Source of the DNA: Halothiobacillus neapolitanus
GTDB lineage: Bacteria > Pseudomonadota > Gammaproteobacteria > Halothiobacillales > Halothiobacillaceae
Length of the DNA stretch: 46,030 bases
Assembly: GCA_020722165.1 (NCBI GenBank)
Contig: DYLI01000001.1
Location: 1 to 46,030 of the forward strand
Direction of reading: 5' to 3'
Part shown: in pieces, positions 40,993 to 46,030 of the stretch
Numbering within the stretch: the first letter of the stretch is position 1
Layout: each line of letters begins with the position of its first letter
Made by a program: the position numbers and the translations under genes
Notes under the pieces: generated by a model
Databases searched by the model: none
Told to the model about the DNA's origin: nothing
The model's input: the letters and a program-made list of their open reading frames with translations, nothing else

Positions 40993-41994
40993 TCAGGCGG
41001 ACTTGTCTGACAAATTTTGAAGTTCAACGGGCGGCCAGCTCTCGAGCGCAACGCCGAGTGATAAGCCGTGCTTAGCCAAGACATCCTTGATTTCAGTCAA
41101 CGACTTCTTGCCAAGATTTGGAGTTTTGAGTAATTCCATCTCTGAACGCTGAACCAAATCGCCAATGAAATAAATATTCTCAGCCTTGAGGCAGTTGGCC
41201 GAGCGAACCGTCAACTCAAGATCATCCACGGGGCGCAGAAGAATTGGAGCAACCCCACTCTCGCGCACAACAGGACGATCCATAGATTCGGTATTCAGAT
41301 CAACAAATACTGCCAACTGGTCACGAAGAATTGCTGCCGCACTGCGCAGTGCATTTTCAGGTGAAATCGAACCATCGGTTTCGATTTCAAGCACCAGCGA
41401 GTCAAGGTCAGTACGCTGTTCAACGCGAGCGCGCTCAACGGCATAAGACACCTTGCTCACAGGTGAAAACGACGCATCCAAGCGCAGACGTCCAACTGAA
41501 GATGACTCTTCAAGCCCTTCACGGCGAGTCGATGCGGGCACATAGCCACGACCGATTTCCACCTTCAAGCTCATATTCAACTCACCTTCCTTGTTCAGGT
41601 GGGCTATCACATGTTCAGGATTGAGAACCTCAACCGAAGGATCGCCGCTCAGGTCAGCCGCAGTCACCACACACGGCCCCTTCTTGCGAAGGTTGAGCGT
41701 GGATGACGCACGGCCATGCAGCGCAAGCGACAAGCCTTTAAGGTTCAGGAGGATTTCAATCACATCTTCTTGTACGCCTTCAATGGCGGTGTACTCATGT
41801 ACCACGCCCTCGATTTCAGCTTCAACAACTGCCGTACCAGGAATAGACGACAACAGAATCCGACGCAGCGCATTGCCCAAGGTGTGGCCAAATCCACGTT
41901 CAAGCGGTTCCAACACAACACGCGCCGAGCGTGTACTGTGTGAACGAACCTGAATCGAGCGTGGGCTCAACAGCTCACTGATATTGTCCTGCAT
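40993..41994 (-). CDS. rpoA: RNA polymerase alpha subunit
   Basis: [22 protein letters not shown]; [15 protein letters not shown]. Confidence 0.99.
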   Translation of the reverse strand: MQDNISELLSPRSIQVRSHSTRSARVVLEPLERGFGHTLGNALRRILLSSIPGTAVVEAEIEGVVHEYTAIEGVQEDVIEILLNLKGLSLALHGRASSTLNLRKKGPCVVTAADLSGDPSVEVLNPEHVIAHLNKEGELNMSLKVEIGRGYVPASTRREGLEESSSVGRLRLDASFSPVSKVSYAVERARVEQRTDLDSLVLEIETDGSISPENALRSAAAILRDQLAVFVDLNTESMDRPVVRESGVAPILLRPVDDLELTVRSANCLKAENIYFIGDLVQRSEMELLKTPNLGKKSLTEIKDVLAKHGLSLGVALESWPPVELQNLSDKSA

Positions 41995-42012
41995 CAAAAG
42001 GGAACCCCAGAA

Positions 42013-42639
42013 TTACTTCGAGTAAAGTTCAACAACGAGCGACTCGTTGATGTCCGCCGGCAAATCGGCACGGTCAGGCAAACGCTTGAACACACCTTCA
42101 AACTTGGACGCTTCAACAGCAATCCAGGAAATCTCTGTGCGACGCGCAGAAAACTCCAACGCATCCTTGATGCGCTGTTGTTGACGTGATTTTTCACGTA
42201 CTGCCACCACGTCCTCAGGTTGAACCTGATAAGACGCGATATTGACCGACTGACCATTCACGGTAATTGACTTGTGCGATACCAACTGACGAGCTTCAGC
42301 GCGTGTCATGGCAAAGCCCATACGGTAAACCACGTTATCCAGGCGAGACTCTAAAAGGCGCAACAGGTTTTCACCGGTTGAACCCTTAAGCGAGCTGGCC
42401 TTGGTGTAGTAGTTGTGGAACTGACGCTCCAAAACACCATAAATACGACGCAGCTTTTGCTTTTCACGCAGCTGCAACGCATAGTCAGAAATCTTGGGAC
42501 GCCGACCCGAAGCACCATGCATGCCGGGTGGGCGCTCAAGCTTACATTTAGAATCAAGCGCACGAACGCCTGACTTCAAGAAAAGATCCGTGCCTTCGCG
42601 ACGGCTTAACTTACATTTGGGACCGATATAACGTGCCAT
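42013..42639 (-). CDS. rpsD: 30S ribosomal protein S4
   Basis: [27 protein letters not shown]. Confidence 0.99.
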   Translation of the reverse strand: MARYIGPKCKLSRREGTDLFLKSGVRALDSKCKLERPPGMHGASGRRPKISDYALQLREKQKLRRIYGVLERQFHNYYTKASSLKGSTGENLLRLLESRLDNVVYRMGFAMTRAEARQLVSHKSITVNGQSVNIASYQVQPEDVVAVREKSRQQQRIKDALEFSARRTEISWIAVEASKFEGVFKRLPDRADLPADINESLVVELYSK

Positions 42640-42654
42640 TTTAATTATTCTCCA

Positions 42655-43044
42655 TCAAACACGACGACGCTTGGGAGGGCGGCATCCGTTATGGGGGATA
42701 GGGGTCACGTCAACAATATTGTTAACCTTGTAACCGATGTTGTTCAATGCACGAATCGCAGATTCACGACCAGGACCTGGCCCCTTAACGTGCACATCAA
42801 GATTCTTCAACCCATAAGCCTTCGCAGCCTCACCAGCACGCTCAGCTGCAACCTGCGCAGCGAACGGGGTGCTCTTACGTGAACCACGGAAGCCTGAACC
42901 ACCCGATGTTGCCCAGGAAAGCGCATTTCCCTGACGATCAGTAATGGTTACGATGGTGTTATTGAAAGAAGCGTGGACGTGCGCGAGGCCGTCAGTAACA
43001 ACTTTTTTAACTTTTTTGCGCGTTTGCGCGGATGGTTTTGCCAT
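42655..43044 (-). CDS. rpsK: 30S ribosomal protein S11
   Basis: [26 protein letters not shown]. Confidence 0.99.
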   Translation of the reverse strand: MAKPSAQTRKKVKKVVTDGLAHVHASFNNTIVTITDRQGNALSWATSGGSGFRGSRKSTPFAAQVAAERAGEAAKAYGLKNLDVHVKGPGPGRESAIRALNNIGYKVNNIVDVTPIPHNGCRPPKRRRV

Positions 43045-43099
43045 TGAATCCTACTCTGATAACAGAAGCATTGAGCCCAAATCAACGCGTTCTCTTCTG

Positions 43100-43141
43100 C
43101 ATTCGCCAATTAACAATTGCCAGTCAGCAACTGCCAATTAA
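43100..43141. repeat. Degenerate heptamer tandem array in the rpsM-rpsK spacer
   Basis: CATTCGC CAATTAA CAATTGC CAGTCAG CAACTGC CAATTAA. Confidence 0.5.
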
Positions 43142-43152
43142 CGTATGCCAAA

Positions 43153-43509
43153 TTAACGCTTGATTGGGCGACGCGGCCCCTTGCGGGTACGCGCATTAGT
43201 CTTCGTACGTTGGCCGCGCACCGGCAGCCCACGACGATGACGAAGACCACGATAGCAACCCATGTCCATCAATCGCTTGATGCTCATGGATACTTCGCGA
43301 CGAAGATCACCCTCAACAGAAAACTTAGCCACTTCAGCGCGTAACGCCTCAACTTCGCTTTCCACTAGATCTTTAACTTTTGACTCAGGACGAACATTGG
43401 CATTCACGCAAATTGACTTTGCACGAGTAGCCCCAATGCCGTAGATCGCGGAAAGCGCAATCACGACATGCTTATTCACCGGAATGTTTACACCAGCGAT
43501 ACGCGCCAT
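43153..43509 (-). CDS. rpsM: 30S ribosomal protein S13
   Basis: [36 protein letters not shown]; GGGGGAG RBS. Confidence 0.99.
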   Translation of the reverse strand: MARIAGVNIPVNKHVVIALSAIYGIGATRAKSICVNANVRPESKVKDLVESEVEALRAEVAKFSVEGDLRREVSMSIKRLMDMGCYRGLRHRRGLPVRGQRTKTNARTRKGPRRPIKR

Positions 43510-43539
43510 AACTCCCCCAACTAAAACGGAAAGCCGGGG

Positions 43540-43568
43540 ATAATACACCCCAGCATGATTCAAATCAA
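43540..43568 (-). promoter_or_regulatory. Sigma-70 promoter of the alpha operon
   Basis: Minus-strand TTGATT-17 bp-TATTAT in the secY-rpsM gap, the expected position of P-alpha. Confidence 0.7.
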
Positions 43569-43577
43569 CACAACATC

Positions 43578-44915
43578 TCAGCGAGAGCCTAAACCACGCA
43601 ATTGTGCCTTACGCATCAGACCATCATATTGATGCGACATGAGATGAGATTGAACTTGAGCAATAAAGTCCATGATAACCACGACGATAATCAGCAAGGA
43701 GGTACCACCAAAATAAAATGGCACATTCCAATACAGAATCAAAAACTCGGGTAACAAGCACACTAAAGTAATGTAAATAGCACCCCAGAATGTCAGGCGG
43801 GTTAACACACCATCGACATAACGCGCTGTATGCTCGCCCGGACGAATCCCGGGAATGAAGGCACCAGAACGCTTTAGGTTATCTGCTGTTTCACGCGAAT
43901 TGAAAACCAGCGCCGTATAAAAAAACGCGAAGAACACAATCGCGGAAGCGTACAACATAAGATACAGCGGTTGCCCGGGAGAAATCGTCGTAGCAATGTC
44001 CTTGAGCCACGTCATATTTTCAGAACGACCAAAGACATCGGCAATTGTGGCCGGGAACAAAATAATGCTTGAAGCAAAGATAGGCGGAATAACACCCGAC
44101 ATATTCAACTTCAAAGGCAGAAATGATGCCTGACCACCCGACATCTGACCGCCATGCTGACGCTTGGCGTAATTCACCGTAATTCGACGCTGACCGCGCT
44201 CAACAAACACCACAAAACCAATCACCGCAATCGCCAAGACAAGCAGCAGCAACAAGACCAAGATACTCATCTGGTCAGTACGCACCAGTTCAAAAATACC
44301 GGCTAATGCGGCAGGCAGCCCGGCTACGATACCTGCGAAAATGATGAGTGAAATGCCGTTGCCAATACCGCGCTCGGTGATTTGCTCACCCAACCAAACC
44401 AATAACATGGTTCCGGTCACCAACGACAAGGTCGCAGTAAATAGGAACATCATTCCCGGATTGATTACCAACGGACTGGATCCGACTTGCTGGCTTTGCA
44501 AGGCAATCGCCACACCAATCGCTTGGAACAAAGCAAGCACCAAAGTTCCATAACGCGTGTATTGCGTGATTTTGCGTTTTCCTGCATCGCCTTCCTTTTT
44601 GAGCTGTTCAAATTTAGGAACAACAACCGTCAAAAGCTGAACGATGATGGATGCCGAAATATAGGGCATGACCCCGAGCGCAAAAATCGACATCCGCGAA
44701 AGCGCACCGCCTGAAAACATATTGAACATTTCCAGGATCGAACCACGCGATTGATCGAATAATGCCTGCATGACATTAAGATCAATCCCCGGCAACGAAA
44801 TGAACGTGCCAATTCTGTAGACAATCAGAGCACCAACAACGAACAAAAGGCGCTGGCGAAGTTCCGTGAACTTGCCGGAACCCGCGAGGCCTGAAAGAGT
44901 TGTTTGGGATGACAC
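43578..44915 (-). CDS. secY: Preprotein translocase SecY
   Basis: [41 protein letters not shown]. Confidence 0.99.
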   Translation of the reverse strand: MSSQTTLSGLAGSGKFTELRQRLLFVVGALIVYRIGTFISLPGIDLNVMQALFDQSRGSILEMFNMFSGGALSRMSIFALGVMPYISASIIVQLLTVVVPKFEQLKKEGDAGKRKITQYTRYGTLVLALFQAIGVAIALQSQQVGSSPLVINPGMMFLFTATLSLVTGTMLLVWLGEQITERGIGNGISLIIFAGIVAGLPAALAGIFELVRTDQMSILVLLLLLVLAIAVIGFVVFVERGQRRITVNYAKRQHGGQMSGGQASFLPLKLNMSGVIPPIFASSIILFPATIADVFGRSENMTWLKDIATTISPGQPLYLMLYASAIVFFAFFYTALVFNSRETADNLKRSGAFIPGIRPGEHTARYVDGVLTRLTFWGAIYITLVCLLPEFLILYWNVPFYFGGTSLLIIVVVIMDFIAQVQSHLMSHQYDGLMRKAQLRGLGSR

Positions 44916-44918
44916 AGA

Positions 44919-45344
44919 TTACTCCACTCGTCCGCCAGCTTGTGTAATTGCCGCTGTTGCGCCCTTGGTGACGCGCATACCATTGACAATAACCGCCTTG
45001 GTAATTTCGCCTGACAGAACAACCTTGACAAAACGCACGTCATGACGAATCAGACCTGCGTCCTTGAGGCTTGCCAAGCAAACTACGCCTTCAACCTTGT
45101 TCAAGGCAGAAAGTGGTACTTCGGCGCTAATCAGTGATTTTTTGGTCACAAAACCAAACTTTGGCAGACGGCGCTGCATGGGCATTTGACCACCTTCGAA
45201 GCCAACTTTGAAGTGGCCTGCACGCGAGTGTTGACCCTTGTGGCCACGACCCGAGGTCTTGCCCAAGCCAGAGCCAATACCACGACCAAGACGACGGCGA
45301 GCAAACTTACTGCCTTCAGCGGGTTTTAAATCATTAAGATTCAT
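44919..45344 (-). CDS. rplO: 50S ribosomal protein L15
   Basis: [27 protein letters not shown]. Confidence 0.98.
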   Translation of the reverse strand: MNLNDLKPAEGSKFARRRLGRGIGSGLGKTSGRGHKGQHSRAGHFKVGFEGGQMPMQRRLPKFGFVTKKSLISAEVPLSALNKVEGVVCLASLKDAGLIRHDVRFVKVVLSGEITKAVIVNGMRVTKGATAAITQAGGRVE

Positions 45345-45346
45345 AA

Positions 45347-45535
45347 TCAAGCACCTACCACTTTCAAAAGGTAATGTACCTTGTTAATCATGCCCCGGTT
45401 TTCTGGGGTATCAATCACTTCCACAACATGGTTGATGCGACGCAAGCCAAGACCGCGCACACAAGCCTTATGCGCCTGTAAACGGTGGGCTGGGCTCTTG
45501 ACGAGCATCACCTTAATTTTTGCTACTTCTGACAT
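45347..45535 (-). CDS. rpmD: 50S ribosomal protein L30
   Basis: GLGLRRINH...[12 protein letters not shown]; position between rpsE and rplO. Confidence 0.96.
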   Translation of the reverse strand: MSEVAKIKVMLVKSPAHRLQAHKACVRGLGLRRINHVVEVIDTPENRGMINKVHYLLKVVGA

Positions 45536-45539
45536 GACA

Positions 45540-46030
45540 TTACCCCAGAATATCTTCGACACGCTTGCCGCGTTTCGCAGCAACACGCTCGGGTGAATTC
45601 ATTCCCTTCAAACCGTTGATCGTGGCGCGAATCATGTTCATCTGGTTGCGAGTTCCGTTGCATTTAGCCAGTACGTTACGCACACCTACCGCTTCAAACA
45701 CGGCACGCATCGCGCCGCCAGCGATCAAACCCGTACCTTCACTGGCCGGCTTCATGAAAACATGGGCAGCGCCGTGACGCCCGTTCACGTCATACTGCAA
45801 GGTGCCGCCATTCAAGGACACGTCAAACATATTGCGACGCGCTTTTTCCATAGATTTTTGTACAGCAACAGGCACTTCACGTGCCTTGCCGTAACCAAAA
45901 CCTACGCGACCATTACCATCGCCCACCACAGTCAATGCAGTGAAGGAGAAAATACGACCGCCTTTCACAGTCTTGGATACGCGATTGACCGAAACAAGCT
46001 TTTCGATCATGCCATCGCTAATTACATTAT
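45540..46030 (-). CDS. rpsE: 30S ribosomal protein S5, 5' end runs off the window
   Basis: [12 protein letters not shown]...GYGKAREV; the frame stays open (NVISDG) upstream of ATG 46010 to the window edge. Confidence 0.98.
   Translation of the reverse strand, partial: NVISDGMIEKLVSVNRVSKTVKGGRIFSFTALTVVGDGNGRVGFGYGKAREVPVAVQKSMEKARRNMFDVSLNGGTLQYDVNGRHGAAHVFMKPASEGTGLIAGGAMRAVFEAVGVRNVLAKCNGTRNQMNMIRATINGLKGMNSPERVAAKRGKRVEDILG

Noticed and set aside
40563-46030. Lower-GC, different codon style as a horizontally acquired island
   Set aside because: These are ribosomal-protein operons; the bias is typical of highly expressed genes.

Overview
A gene-dense core-genome segment of a Gammaproteobacterium; a Chromatiales/Halothiobacillus-like chemolithotroph is plausible, but that is inference from protein style only. 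It runs from a truncated tyrS through mepM-anmK, citrate synthase-erpA-argC, tlpA, feoAB, a class II PPK2, ptsP-rppH, dcd, rimO-moaB, a LysR regulator, a TolC-MFP-RND efflux operon, ppa-mrdA-rodA-mltB-rlpA, adk and an expanded lptD-surA-pdxA-rsmA-(pgl)-apaG-(methyltransferase)-apaH operon. It ends with the end of the spc operon and the alpha operon, where rpmJ is missing. I found no transposase, integrase, phage gene, tRNA, rRNA or CRISPR array. The most unusual signal is non-coding: at least four families of short palindromic elements occupy the intergenic spaces. These are a TTAGCCACAGAG 9-bp-periodic arm family (4 copies), a ~103-bp ERIC-like hairpin with compensatory base changes (3 copies), a GTAG REP doublet and a CCCCCTTT/AAAGGGGG doublet. 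Some are nested, and one arm holds the only plausible start codons for the essential gene lptD. All calls were made by eye, without database searches.
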